Shown here piece after piece: positions 11,343 to 25,165 of a DNA stretch of 64,000 nt. The first letter of the stretch is position 1, and each line of letters opens with the position of its first letter. The DNA lies in the NCBI GenBank assembly GCA_008632985.1, contig QPGO01000220.1, positions 1 to 64,000 of the forward strand. Reading direction: 5' to 3'. This DNA is from Psammoneis japonica. Taxonomy: Eukaryota. The translations under genes and the position numbers were made by a program. The notes beneath the pieces are model-generated. The model saw only the letters and a program-made list of their open reading frames with translations. It searched no databases and had not been told where the DNA came from.

Positions 11343-12503
11343 ATGGCAACTTCCGTTCAGAGCGAAGCAACAGAGGAGGAGTTGGCCACCTACCGTGCCG
11401 CCTTTGACAGCTATGACCTAAATGGAGATGGAGTCATCGATGTCGAGGAGCTCCATCTTGGTTTGGAACAGATGGGAGGCCAGAGACGAAATCGGTCTTC
11501 TGTGTATAATTTGATGGTGAAGGTGGACAACGGCACCGACTCGAAAGCAAAGGATGTTCTGATGACGTTCGACGCATTCGTTGAGCTCATGCGATCGAAG
11601 GATCTCGAGGAATTTTTTGAAAAGGGACAGAAAACTCCAACCGATGACAAAGGAGCATCGCTGGAATCCATCTATGGACAGACACCGACACCAGAGGAGA
11701 CTCCTGACCTACTCGAAGAAAAACAGAAAGAGTTTGAAAAAGAAATTAACCGCATTCCGGCTAAGAAGAAACAAGGCTACACGCAAGCACTGGAGAAGTG
11801 CCCTGATCTGGTCAAAGACCGGAAGTTCAAACTTGTGTTTCTTCGATGCGAAGTATTAAATGTCGAGGCGGCGGTCGCTCGTTTCGTCCTGTACTGGGAC
11901 AAGCGCATTGAATTGTTTGGAACAGAGAAAGCCTTTCTACCACTTACACTTGATGGGGCGCTAAAGGATGACCATGTCGCGCTTACCGAAGGTCGAGGTC
12001 TTGTTCGTCTGACGGGCCACAAGGACAGGGACGGCAGAGCGATTCTCTTTGGAGATTTCACAACCGGCGACAACGGCAAGTACGAGCGAAGAAGCTTGGC
12101 GAGAGCCTTCTGGTACATGGTCCATGCGGCACTTGAAGACGAGGACTCGCAGAAGCGTGGGGTGGTGGGACTTTTCAATACTGTGCACAACTTATCTCAG
12201 TGGGACCCGCTGGCCACCAAGTCGATGGCATATTATTGTAGAGGCGTTTTGCCGATTCGGGTGGCAGCTCTTCACATCTGTCACCCTACAAGCGTCATCA
12301 ATGTGGTTGTCAAGACAACGAAACTGTTTCTCGGCCCAAAGTTAAGGAAGCGTCTTTATGTACACAAAGGATCGAACGAGAAAGTCATCGAAACACTTGC
12401 AACGTATGGCATTAGCAACGACGCTTTGCCCACCATGTGGGGTGGCAATCTTGTTTTGGACCATTCAGAGTGGCTCAACGAGAGACGCGAAACTCAAAAG
12501 TAG
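11343..12503 (+). CDS. EF-hand plus CRAL-TRIO (Sec14-like) lipid-binding domain protein
   Basis: DLNGDGVIDVEE EF-hand loop; FLRCE...AVARFVLYW..R, D.DGRAIL, PIRVAALHICH, KLRKRLYVH, LPTMWGG are CRAL-TRIO motifs; intronless 386 aa. Confidence 0.88.
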   Translation: MATSVQSEATEEELATYRAAFDSYDLNGDGVIDVEELHLGLEQMGGQRRNRSSVYNLMVKVDNGTDSKAKDVLMTFDAFVELMRSKDLEEFFEKGQKTPTDDKGASLESIYGQTPTPEETPDLLEEKQKEFEKEINRIPAKKKQGYTQALEKCPDLVKDRKFKLVFLRCEVLNVEAAVARFVLYWDKRIELFGTEKAFLPLTLDGALKDDHVALTEGRGLVRLTGHKDRDGRAILFGDFTTGDNGKYERRSLARAFWYMVHAALEDEDSQKRGVVGLFNTVHNLSQWDPLATKSMAYYCRGVLPIRVAALHICHPTSVINVVVKTTKLFLGPKLRKRLYVHKGSNEKVIETLATYGISNDALPTMWGGNLVLDHSEWLNERRETQK

Positions 12504-13055
12504 TAGAATGATTCAGTGATTTTGTTGAGATTAATCTATAGAGGGAAAGTTTACAAATTGCCTTTCTGATTACTCACAATTACTTCTTCTACTCTACTTG
12601 CACGCGTTGGCACAACATTTCGATAGCAACTCCCGGTGAATGGGAGGGAATGTACTCTCAATGGTCACTCTCGTCCTCTCTAGCCTCTCTATTCTACTAC
12701 GTACCGGTGATGCTCTACAGATAGCTAGAGTAGATAGATGAGAAAATACACACCTTTTATGACAAATCGACCTACGAGCTCGCTTTATCATACCGATATC
12801 TCATAAAACTTGACGAACGATGCGCTGCCTTGGTGGCGTGCCCTACCGTATCAAGATGATTCGTCGTCGTCAACAATGAAAAACACAAGAAGGCTACCTG
12901 GTCGAATGATCCTACTTTTGAAGAGAACAATGTCTAGAATCTACCTTTTTTCTACGCTACTATGGTTGAGGCGACGGAAACGATTCGACTGACTTCTGGT
13001 ACCTGTTCAAAGAACTTCATACGTTTCCGATTCGTGAGCTGACGCATAGGATTCC

Positions 13056-16000
13056 TCACGGAACGACAAAAATATTGAAAGCGTCGACAACACCATGGTT
13101 GATAACCCACGTTTTGTATCGCAAAGCAGAAACTGAGATTGCTGGCATTTGCATTTTCCCTGCTCTCGTCGCAAGCGCCGTATACCAAATAACTTGAGTT
13201 TCTTGGGGAGCTAGACAGATCTCACCATTAACCAATCCGGAGAGTAACAATCCGTCAGAGACATCACTGCAATCTGCATCGCTCATTGCCACAGTGAGCT
13301 TCTGGTAGAGCTGAGTATTGTTTGTGATACGAAAGCTCACATCGAACGGAACTGACAACCGCGGAGAAGGAGGCAAAGAATCTAATGAGGCTTCGAACGG
13401 GGCTTTCTCTATGTAACACCGAGGGCCCCAATATTTGATCCTTGATGGTCGCTCCAACACAAGCGGACCATGCGCTATCGAATCATCTCCTTCGAGAGTA
13501 AGTGGCGTCGGTTTCCAATCCACGCATACGACACCCAAGCATATGAATGCACTGCTCTCCTCGCTGCTCTCAGACATGTGGGCTTCGACCGTGTAGGTAA
13601 CACTAAACTTAGTCCCCTGAACAAGCTTACTGCCAGCATTGTCACCCTCTCGACAATAAAGCGCGTCATCTTTGCAGTCAGAGACAAGTCGCAAATCACA
13701 CGATCTTTCGTTCCCTTCGACATGGCCATCGTTGTTCTGCACGCGCAAAAGAGTAGTTTGCAAACGAAGCGACGGTCAGGCATTGCCTTAGAAGCAGATC
13801 AGTTTTCATGTTTGCCTACATAACTCACCTCGAAAGAAACTCTTTCGATTTCAGAGCTCAGCGCATCGTTCACTGCGTTTGAAACTATAACACATCCCGC
13901 ACTCACTCGCTGGCCATCTACGAGAGCAAGTTCCGAGGGCTGTTGGGTGCCTGGCGTTGTCGTGTCATTATCGACCTCTCCCGAGTCTTCAATTGTATCA
14001 ACCATGTTGGACTTGTGTGAGCTACCAGAAGGAAAGGACTTTTGGCCGCCGACGACATTGGAAAAGTCAGCAGAAATCGGCGGTGCCCACACGACGGAGC
14101 CACTGTATTCTAGAAAGACCAAATCGGAAAGTTCCTTTTCAGCTTCCTTGCCATCGTCAACAGAAGACACATCCGATATTCTACGCCTCAATTGCGCCGA
14201 AGGACGAGCTTGTCGGTAAGTAATGGCAACGTCAAAATCAGTTTGGCAAATGTCATTGGTCTCAACAATATCTTCGGCAAATGGCGACTTGAGCTGTGGT
14301 GGAGGGCGGTAGAGGTCCAAGTAAATGTACGTTGATTCTCCTGCTCTCAGACGTGACGATTCAGGAACAACCTCTTGAATAGTCCCCTGCCCAGAGCCAA
14401 CAAGCTGCCACCCTTCTGGGAGATCATAGTCACAAGTCGAGGACTCAGCCGTCGTGGATACCTCTCTTACAAGCACCGGCGTTCGGTCATCTACCTTTTC
14501 CTCCGCCTCAAACGAGGGCACCGGGTCGTCAGAATCATGACTTGCTGATGACGTCCCGTCAATCGACAAGAGAGTGTTGGAGCACGCGACCTTGTACTTT
14601 ATGTCGCCGCATTCTTCCTTTGGTCCGGCTTGAAGCTTGATCAGGACACGATTCACAGTTCCTTCCATTGCCGTCCCATTTGTGAGCGGATTGGACATGT
14701 TGGTAACTACCATTTGAGCCATGGGTCCCAGCACTCGTAAACAGCGTGGTCCAAGTGACAAGGGCAAATCGCGTGGCCTCGACCACGCCGATGAAATGTA
14801 ATTGTCTTCTTCGAAAGGCGTCTTTTTGACCGGCGCCTGAGTCTTTGGTTTCATGTGCGTAACTCGAAACTCAACGACTGGACCGGCAGCCTTTTCGGCA
14901 GCAAGCGGGTAGAATTCCAACGACATGCCATCACATCGCAACGGTTTCCCGCCTAAATACCCAAGGCTCCATTGAGCGTTACTATTCTTGCCGTCGTTTC
15001 GGTTCAACGTGCGTTCATCGATCAATCGAGCGCCACCGGCAGCGGTTAATCCAGAGGCTCGGGGCCTGGCGCTCTTGGAGAATGACCCCTTTCCGGGAGA
15101 GCCTTCCTTGTCTCCTCCATTTCCACTTTCGTCCGTTGCAATACTATCAACGTCTTTTGGAACGTCAATCATGGTGGAAACAAAAATGGTCGACTTTGCG
15201 CGCATCACAATACCACCCTTGCCGTCACCGCTATGAGCACCTTCGGCACAATGCAGATCACTGCAAGGAATTTCAATCTTGCCCGCCATGCTCAGCAAGG
15301 TCGCCGAGCTGACATGAACGTCATGGTCCAAATTGGACTTTATTGTGACATTGGCCACGACCACGTCTCCTGCCGTCGCGTGCGTGGACCCCGGAAAGGT
15401 GACCAAAAAGGAAAAGGGCAGCGATTGCTCCTCCGCGTTATTGGTGCATTCTCCGTGCCACGAGAGCCGACCCGTCATGGTTGAAACATGATTTAGCGCA
15501 TGCTCAAGGCTCTTTAATGGGAGTTTGGAATAAAAGTACGAATCGAGAATCAAATTTGTCACATTTTTGCGTTGCTCCTCGGTCATGTCTTGCGACGACA
15601 ATTGCTGCTCATAACATTCAATCAGCATTCGCCGAATCACCACTTCCAGCTCGTTCCATCCCGCTGCATGTTTGGAAGCCTTTTCCAGCAAGGGAATTGC
15701 CTCGCCGAACCGTTTCAGTTCCATGAGGATCCCACCCGCCAAGTAATACATTTGTGTTGCGGCCCGGCATTGCGTTTCTTCCTCGTCACTTGCCGCCTTT
15801 TTCCGTTCATTCTCAAACAAGGACACGGCATGCAAAATCAACTCGAGCGCGAGTTCTAACAAAAAAGCAGAATTTGTGTGAGGCTAGAATGTTTTACAGC
15901 AATCAACGACACAACGCACAGAGCAGCCATACCTTTATGATTACGTTTGCACTCTTCATGAAACTTGGGTACGAGACCTTCACTATCAATACTACCCACA

Positions 16001-17841
16001 AATCGTGGTCGCATCGACTTATTCTTGTCGTCATCGACAGGCCTCGGCGGCGGCGGAGCCAAATTGGCGCTCTCTTTTGCCTCTTCCATTTCGATACCCA
16101 ATTTTAGCATGGCTTGTGCGGTCGATTGATATTTTCGCCACGCACTCAATTGCAACGACACCTCCGCATCTAATTGTTCTTTTAACGGCGCCGACTGTCG
16201 TTCCACCAATTGTGCCATGACGGTTCGTTGATGAACATTGTAACGTAAATGATTCCAGAGTGGATTCTTCTTCTCGTCATGTAGAGACAAAAATGTCATG
16301 CAATGCCGTCTCCATTGCGATGCGGCCGCCACGAGACCGGGATTTTCCGACGAAAAGGCAGCCGATAAGAAGCCCGATTGCAGGAGTTTGAGATTGAGCC
16401 AATCGGCCAGAGCGCGGCATTGAAACGCCATGTCGGCGGGCGTGTCGGATTTTTTCTTTTTCTCATCGTCGTTGGATTCTTCTGAATCGGCAAAAGCATT
16501 CTTGGCCAGCAAGGACACTTCCACGCCACTATCGCTTCCTTCATTGCTTCCTTCACTACTATCTTGCTGTTGTTCTTGTGGATTAACCACAACCGGCAGT
16601 GGCGGTGTCGACAAAATGTAGTAACGATAGTAGTGCTCCAAATGACGATAGGCTTGTGCCAAGTACTTTGTTGACTTTTCATGCTTGAGCAAAAATTCAT
16701 AAAGAATTCCAATCTTGAAACAATACCGAATATGCAAAACGAATTCTTGTGGTTGCAACGCAGCGAGCTTGTGCTTGACACGCCGTGCTTGTCCCAAATA
16801 ATACGCCATGGACGCGTCCCGTACCGTCTTGTGCAATTGTCGCGTCTTGAAACTGGTGGGAATGCTGCACTCCAAATCATTCTTGGAATCCAACACGGTA
16901 ATGCACGAGGCATGCAAATGACACCTCGTCATGACGTCCGTTACCCACTCTTCGACTGTGGCAACCGCCGCCTCATCATCGTCGTCGTCGTCTTGCAGTA
17001 CATTGGATGCCAAACACACGAGTTGAATACGGCATTCCCGTTTCGGTGCTAAACTGTATCTCAAATGCTCAATGGTTTCCACCAAATACTCGTCTTGTTG
17101 TTGCTGTTGCTTTTCGTTTGTAGAAAAATCCAACAATGTCACCACCACCAAGACAGACGGCAAAGCGTGAACGTGTTTTTCCATCCAACCCGCTGGCAAA
17201 ATGCCTTGCACGTTACTGCTAGTACTAGTATGCCTCAAGGCACTCCCTTGCGGATCCTTGGAGGGAGGAAATCCGTGTCTTGCCGAAATGGATATAATAC
17301 GTGCTCGTTGAAAAAAGCCTTCATCATTCAAGAGTTGAAGCGATCGGGCATAGGCGGTTGAGAGAGGTGTATCCACTTGATTGGAACGAATGCTTCCTCG
17401 TAACACACCGAGACGAGTGTGTGTAATACGAAAGGTCGGTGATCCAAACGAACGAATCGGCTTGACAACTTTATCTTTTTCATCTTGATCGGAATCATCC
17501 GACGACGAGGATGAATTGTTGTTATGATTTCCTAGAAAGGACGGAACGACGCGTGTTGTTGATTCGTTTCTAGTGTGTGTTTCGTCTTGTTCTTCTTCTT
17601 CATCGGCTAAACTAGCAGCCATGGCATCCAGAAATTTATCAAACAAACCGCGATTTTTCAATGGCGGTGGAGGTGGTGGCTGATCTTGCATGATGCTCGT
17701 GGAAGCCGAGTCATTGCTGGGTACAACAACAGCATCGGCTTGAGGTGTAGTAGAAGTTGTTTCGGTTCCAGGTAGAATGGCATTGACGGCAAACACCAGG
17801 GGAAACACTCCGGCCAACAAATCTCCCGGATACGAATCCAT
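13056..17841 (-). CDS. TRAPPC11: Trafficking protein particle complex subunit 11 (Foie gras/Gryzun-like), 3 exons: 17841-15933, 15855-13829, 13736-13056
   Basis: N-terminal MDSYP..L, GILP.GW..KH...LPSV, RYCFKIG..YEF motifs; GT-AG introns 15932-15856 and 13828-13737 join three ORFs in frame. Confidence 0.8.
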
Positions 17842-18246
17842 AATTTTACAAGTGTGTAATGTAGTTGTAACGACCCATGAATGGTTCCAACAAGCAAAAC
17901 AATTACAGCAACACCACAACGAGTGCTAATGGCGGCAGCAACAGGCAAGAGGGCGGTGTTTTTCTCGATCGCTCGGGCTTTTTGGAACCCGGTGGCCTGA
18001 GTACCAGGAAGTGACGTGGAAAATGTGGTATGTAGGGATTCGTACCTACCGTACAGTAGGTGGCCTAATACGCGCGGCAGACTGTACTGTACGTACCGTA
18101 CGATGGAAGAACTGGGACGAACGGCCCACATTTTTTCGAAATCGAAGTTCGACGCACATAAGTCCACCTCAACAGCACAGCAAGAACAACATTCTTACGG
18201 TTAGCAAGTCTTGTTGCAACTCTCTTTTCAATCAACAAGTCACATC

Positions 18247-19012
18247 ATGATTTCATCACTATCAAAATCTCTCCGTTCCGTCGCTAAAAGGCCGTTCCAA
18301 CTACAAGTATCCCGATCACTCTTTATTCAAACGGAAGTGACGCCCAATCCAGAAAGTCTCAAATTTCTTCCAGGCAAGCCCGTGTTGGAGGAGGACGGCG
18401 ACGCGGGCAGTGGCAATGGCTTTTATGCGACACGCCAGTGACAAGGACGAAATTGCTCGATCGCCCTTGGCCAGATCTCTCTTTCAAATTGACGGTGTCA
18501 AGGCGGTGTATTTGGGACAAGACTTTGTGACCATTACCAAATACGCCGAAAGCCACTGGGTACATTTGCGTACCAATGTCTTTTCCAAAATTATGGATCA
18601 CTACGCATCGGGCAAACCCGCCCTATCGGCCGTAGCAGAAATTACCGACACGACCATTTTGGATGATGACGATGAAGTTGTTGCCATGATTAAAGAATTA
18701 CTCGAGAGCCGGATCCGACCGGCTGTGCAAGAGGATGGTGGGGATATTCGTTATGTCGGATTTGATGTCGAGTCGGGTCTTGTGACGGTCAAATTGGCGG
18801 GATCGTGTGTCGGGTGTCCCAGTAGTTCCGTCACATTGAAAAATGGAGTCGAAAACATGTTGTTGCATTATATTCCAGAAGTTACGGGAGTCAATGCCAT
18901 CGAAGACGAAGAAGAAGAAAGTGGAAGTAGCGGTGGAGAACCAGAAGAGCCAAAACCAGCAAAGACATACGAAGAGCGTTTGGCAGCCGCTGGAATTCCA
19001 TTTTCAGATTAA
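18247..19012 (+). CDS. NFU1: Mitochondrial NFU1 Fe-S cluster scaffold (apparent 1-nt frameshift near 18433)
   Basis: Transit peptide then [15 protein letters not shown] (Nfu_N), [35 protein letters not shown] (NifU-C CxxC). Confidence 0.9.
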
Positions 19013-19228
19013 TTTTTTGTAAGAATACTTTGTGGATAAAGGCAAACCGCTCGTGTGTAGTACATACAGTTATACGTTACGATCGAGATTGACTCTGACT
19101 CTATGTTTTTCCCTGGTTTCCAAAACCATTACTGCTTTCGCCCAGGCAGTAATTTCCCAAATTCCCTCTTCCCTACCCGGTATGTTTTTTCTCGTTTCTT
19201 TGGTTGCTGCCACACTCGCGCAACCCTA

Positions 19229-21689
19229 CTACATGTACACGGCTCGGCGCTTGGATTTGACCCACGGTTCGCACACGTAAACTCCTGGAATTCGCTTGGA
19301 TTCCAACAAGAGTTTGTGAGCTTGTGCAATCTTTTCTAGTGGCACACGATCCACAATGTGAGGATGAATCGTGTTGGTGGATAAAAGCATTAACAAGTGT
19401 CCGAGATCATGCTGTGTAATAATAGAAAAAAGAGTGAGTGAGAAAAACAACCGTATTCTGACGCTCGCAACAACCCCCGAATTCCAACAAAACACTTGCC
19501 TTGCACCTGTTGGCATTTCGCTCCCAACTCTCAAACACATCGTAGGCATGCGTTCGTTTCATGAGACTGCTCTTATCCCTCACGCACGCAAGTACTCTTG
19601 CCTTGTCCTCCTTTAGCCATTGAGATTGGGCTAAACTGACTCGTCTGCCTACGAAAACAAATTGGCCTTCCAAACTCAGTGCTTTGAAAATGTCGGGATC
19701 GCATGCGTCACAATCGGCCACCAGCACAAGGTCCATTCTCCCACGGTACTGATAAATCCAAGTAGATACGTCGCGATCCAATGGCCGGACTCCAGAAGCC
19801 TTGAGACTTTCGTGATGTTTCGACTTGGCCGTTGCGTACACCTCTGTCGAACCAGCGGCAAATGCCAATTCCACAATGGCCTTTCCGACAGCACCGAGCG
19901 CGCCAATGACTAAAATGGACTTGCCCTGTAGAGAATCACTGCCGTACCGGACATTGGCTCCGTTTGCAATATGCAATGCTTGAAACGCAGACAAGTACGT
20001 GTCGGCAAGACAAGCCACAGCAGCTGGATCCACCTTTTTGTCTCGGACCGGCACGGCCGTGTCGGCCCTCACGACGGCATAGCGGGCATTACCACCCCAT
20101 TTGCAAAAGGCTGTCACTCGATCGCCGGGCCTAATGTGCCATTTGGAAGTGCCTCGTTTATGGACTTGTCGCACCACACCAACCACATCAACACCCGGTG
20201 TGTTTGGAAGAGGCACTTGTTCTTGCTTCCACCAGCCTCCACGGTGAATGATGCAGTCGCTATAAGAGACTGTGGACGCTTCAACCTTGATCAAGATTTC
20301 ACCATGTCCTGGCGTTGGTGGACGAGTATAGGTTCGCAATTGAAGGCCCGATCCAAAGTAGTCGTAGGCTACACCGATGCTTGGACCTTGGTCATCTTCG
20401 TACAAGTGCATCGATATCGGTGATTCCGGCGGCAATGATGTGTCCTTGTTGTTCAGCATGCTCATCCAAGATTGTCCTTCTCCGGGTTTATTGGAGACGT
20501 TTAGTCGATGTACCTCGCCATCGGAAACCTCCTTGCCGTCCGTAAAGAAGCGAACCTGGGTATACCGACTGACCTGTCCTTCTCCTCCACGACTTGCCTC
20601 TTCTCGAAGTTCCCTGTCGTCAAAAGTCTGACCCTCATAGTCAGAATGCTTTCTGCTCTTGCAAATGACAAGATCGAGTACACCAAATATTTTACCCTTT
20701 GACAAAGAATCCTTGGAAGTCTTTGTACTAGTCGTAATACTACTGCCTTGAAACGTGGTGCTGTCGTCACTCAGCTTGCTTCCTTGGGAGCAACGCAACA
20801 TTTTGGACCGTTTCGAGCTTGCCTCACTTGACTGGTCGGTACGAGTGTCCTTTGACTTGGCGTCATCCATCGTCGCAGTATCCTCTTGAGTAGTCCTCGT
20901 CTTTTCTTTGATGCTATTGTCTTGTGATGCTTCATCGGAGTCGATATCAGTACTTTCCGTGATGGATACATCCAACTCGTCATCATCTCTCGCGTCCTCA
21001 GCCACCACCAAGTCACTACGTGAGGAGGAGCGACGACCCATTTGAAGTGGCAGCAATCGACTGCTGTATTTTCCACGGCCTCTTCGTGGAGATTGACCGC
21101 GACTTTCATCGTCATTCTCGTTCGTCGCCCGCAATCTACTGCTATATCTTCCAATTCCTCTACGTGGAGATCGACCGCGACTTTCATCGTCATTCTCATT
21201 TTCCAGTGAGCTACCACTGTATCTCCGTCGCGCTCTTAGCGCACTACGAGTAGGCTTATCACTGCGATCGTCTGTATCGTCATCGTCAAAGAACCCAAAA
21301 GTGGAACTCCAAAAGCTATCGTCGTCTTTACGCGTTTGAACTTGAGCTTTTCCTTTTGATGCATCATCCTCTTCTGCGGCAAACTGACTCCAAAACGTTG
21401 AATCATTCTTTTGATTTTCTGCCTTTTTCTTATTGGCTTTTTTCGAGTTGCGCTTTCGAAAACTTCGTTTCTGTTTGGGTGACGCAGGCGGTGACGGCTG
21501 CCGTCGACTCCACCAATCTACCGTATCGTCCTCGGACGAGCTGGATTGTCTGTTGGGGAGAAGCCATCTCACTTGTTTACTCGCTGACGTTGCACTGAAG
21601 TGACCGGTGGAACTTGTGTCATATGAGGCGTCATCGGTTGAGTTTCCTTCGTCCAGGACTGCCGCCCACAAGCCATCAAACGCGTTCAT
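19229..21689 (-). CDS. MDR/zinc-binding-ADH-family (quinone oxidoreductase-like) protein with long disordered N-terminus; 2 exons (21689-19500, 19411-19229)
   Basis: P.PGHGEILIKVEA, PGVDVVG.V, PGDRV, GALGAVG Rossmann motif; second exon gives typical C-terminus PLEKIAQAH; start codon uncertain. Confidence 0.8.
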
Positions 21690-22289
21690 GGTCTTGCCAC
21701 CTCTGTTGATTCTCCGTGTTCTGCTTCCAACTAATACGTCGCAATGCAATCTAATGAAAGAGCAATCAGTCAACCTGCAATACTTCTGCAGGCTCCAATC
21801 GGTTTTAGACGGGGTTGTGGTCTTGCAACAGGAACGACTACAAGATGCGGTTCGTTTTTTGTTTTTGAGCAGTTGTTCGGGTGAAAAAGTGTGAGGTGAA
21901 ACTACGTGTGTTTATATTCATCCTACAGTGCTGTTAATATAACATCGGTTGAACGGATGAAAGTGAAATTCAGCGAGCTGTATCTTTATTTGTACGTAAC
22001 GGCAAGAACTCGCAAAATGATACTAAAAAAATGAAAAAAGACATTTCAGGCATGCACATTACTTATTAAAGAATAAAATTATTTATAAATGAGTGTATGC
22101 AAATGATCTTGCGTGACATCAACGCACACAACGCATGGATGGAGGGCGGGGGAATCGCGCGACTTCGCACGCTTTTTGGGTGACTGGAATTCGAAAATTC
22201 ATGGAGAGAAAAAACAAAGCGACCCCCAAACATGGTTCTGTCATTTTCGGAATTTGGGAACAACTCTAACTCTAGACACAACATAAACA

Positions 22290-23389
22290 CGCAACCTTGT
22301 CCATGACATTCACCATTGACTTGATTTGTTGGCAGGCAAACTGAGGCTGATGTCAGCGCAGCAACTCTTGCAGAGGTTGGTGACGTTGCAAGAAAAGGCC
22401 CACCCACTTGCAAGAAGTTTTGATCAGGAAGAACGAGAAGCAGATTGGATGAAAAGAAGGCACAGAAACAACATGAAGAAGCCTCTATGACCAGATCTGA
22501 AAAGGGCATGACAAACCTGTGGAGGAGATCAATGAGCTCCTCTGCAAAGGCGTGAAGCGTTGAAACCCATGAAGCCAAAGCCATTGATGGAAAAAGAGCA
22601 TCAGACAGACAAGAGGAAAGCACCAGAAGAGTGGAGATTTAAAGAGCCAGAAGTTGAAAATGAGGAGCTCATGCTGCAAAATGAAGTGTTGATGACTCGA
22701 GCCCAGCAGTTTGAAGCAGTTGGCAGCGACCCCAGGGTCAAGACACTGCATGTGTCGACTTGGCATTCATGATGGGGCACAGGGAACAAAGCTCAACGAA
22801 ATGAAAACAAAAGCAGAGGAGGAGCTGCATGATGCTCAAGGCAAGAATTGCAGTCCATGGACAAAGAACAATGAGCTCAAAGCTGCCATTGACAAACTGA
22901 AAACAAGAGCCATTGAAACAAAAATGAGAGGCTGCTGAAGCATGTTGCACGTCATCATCGAAGAGGCGAGCAGCCGAGAGCTCAACAACACAAAGAGAAG
23001 CTGGAGAAGGAGCTGCACGTGGCTTTGTGTGGATGTCTGCAGCCTGTCTGCTGAGAACAAGAGATTAAAAAAAGAAAAGTTTTGGCTTGAGAAGGGTGTG
23101 GAAAATTGAAATCAGCATGTTCTCAACATTGCAAAAACTTTGACACCCTCAGCAGAGAAAAATGTGATTGCAGAACCAGAGCATGGAAATGCTGGAGGTG
23201 GACATGGACAACTAAGAAAATCATTGCAGTCATGTGGGTCTCCGCAAGGATCAGCAACAGCCCAGTGAGTGCAATGTGCTATGTGAGGATGAAATCTTGT
23301 TTTTCGGATAAAATGAGCTGAAAAGGATCGCTGCTTTAAGAAGATGCTTGGTTCCACCTTGAAAATCTCAAGTCTTTGTGGTGGTGGTG
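22290..23389. repeat. TpA-depleted degenerate island (coiled-coil-like coding relic) adjacent to a gap
   Basis: Broken Glu/Lys-rich + strand frames, very few TA dinucleotides versus TA-rich flank at 22000-22290. Confidence 0.5.
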
Positions 23390-23563
23390 NNNNNNNNNNN
23401 NNNNNNNNNNNNNNNNNNNNNNNNNNNNNNNNNNNNNNNNNNNNNNNNNNNNNNNNNNNNNNNNNNNNNNNNNNNNNNNNNNNNNNNNNNNNNNNNNNNN
23501 NNNNNNNNNNNNNNNNNNNNNNNNNNNNNNNNNNNNNNNNNNNNNNNNNNNNNNNNNNNNNNN

Positions 23564-24650
23564 TACCATGGGCAAGCTCCACACAAAATTCCTCTTCACC
23601 TTGTCCGGTAGCGAGACGAGCCACGGGTACCAACTCCGCTGCGGTCCCTGTTACAAAGGCTTCTGTCGCGTTCCGAAATTCGCCAACCGTTACGTCTCGC
23701 TCCGACACTGAAACCTCTACACTGTCGTTTCCCGTGCTTGCCACCATGGCAGAATGCAATTCACCCGTGTACTCGCTAATGAGCTTGACAATTGAGTCGC
23801 GCGTCACGCCGGGGAGAATGGTGCCCCGATCCAAGGACGGCGTTACGATTTCGCCAGTCTTGAGAACAAGAAACATATTGGCAGCACTAAGTTCTTGGAT
23901 AATGGCCTTTTCCAAGCCTCCATTTTCATATGTTTCCAATTCCAAATACAAATTATCATCAAAGCCTTGTTTCTTGGCGTCCATGAGCGGCTTCAGCGCT
24001 ACAGCGTAGTTTCCACTGCACTTAACATTCCCCACGCCACCTCTTGCCGCTCTCGATCGAACCGTTTCCAAATGAAGATTCAATCCAGACGACTTGGCTG
24101 AAAAATAGTTTCCTGTTGGACTCACAAAAAACAAGAGCGAAAACTCCGGACTGGGATACAGCCCAAGCTGCTGGCCACTCCCCAAAAGCATGGGACGAAT
24201 GTACAGTTTCATTCCCTCACCATATGGTGGAATCAGATTAGAGTTGGACTGTATGACGGCTTGGATTCCTCTCATAAACAATTCATAAGACGGCACCGGC
24301 AAACACATGGCTTGCGCACCGCGTGCAAAGCGAGCGTAATTCATGTCGGGACGAAAAACCGCAGCCTTGCCCTCGATGGTACGAAAGCATTTGAGTCCTT
24401 CCCAAATGGTTGTTCCATAATTGAGAGAGGTCGTCGAGGGATAAAGGGGTAGTGGATTGGTCGAGTACTTTTTCAGCGAAGCCAGGAGCGAACCGGAATC
24501 GGTTTCGAGGTTGTAGTGCGACCCGGACCACTCGTCGGCAGTGGTCACATGCACGTAGTTGTGAGCCTCGGGGACATTGAGATTCCATGGAAGACTCTCA
24601 AAGTCAATTCCTTCTTTGGGATCTGAAAGAGCGCCGTTATTTTCCATCAT
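23564..24650 (-). CDS. Branched-chain amino acid aminotransferase (PLP fold IV); 3' end lost in gap
   Basis: LNYGTTIWEGLK, FRPDMN..R, LYIRP, GNVKCSGNY (PLP Lys), ILPGVTR, EAFVTGTAA. Confidence 0.93.
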
Positions 24651-25165
24651 GCACAAGTGACAGTGAGCGCAACAACAGGCGATACCAATAAACCTCCCAA
24701 AACTGCCCAACAAAGTCGAAAAGGTGAGTGCTTCTGGATGAAGATGCAAGACAATCTGAGATCCAGATCTTGAATCTGGGATCTCTATCTTCGATGTTGG
24801 CATTCGCGCCGCAACACTCTGCGCGCGTGCTTTCTCCGTGGCTCGATCACAGCATGGGTGACTAAAGTCGATACGCAAGACTACAGGAGCGAAAAAAACG
24901 CGCCGCAAACGACCAACGCCCAACACAACCATGATGTTGATGGTTTGAAACGTTTTGAAAAACGAATCGATACAACACCCGTGCCATTGCCACATGATTA
25001 CAAAACTTGCTTTCACCACGGGAATGCCCCTTCTTCGAGGTTCGCACGGTACGTACTTTCTACGAAACTTTTGTACTAAAGACTGATGAGATGCGCACCG
25101 AAGAATCTCTCTTCTCGGTCGAGTCGTCATAATTTTCAGAATCGCTTCTGGTTCACAGGTCAACC

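Noticed and set aside
23112..25163. 683-aa ORF as a full-length BCAT
   Set aside because: Reads through an N-gap into degenerate repeat DNA and has a non-homologous 5' extension; the credible CDS starts near 24650.
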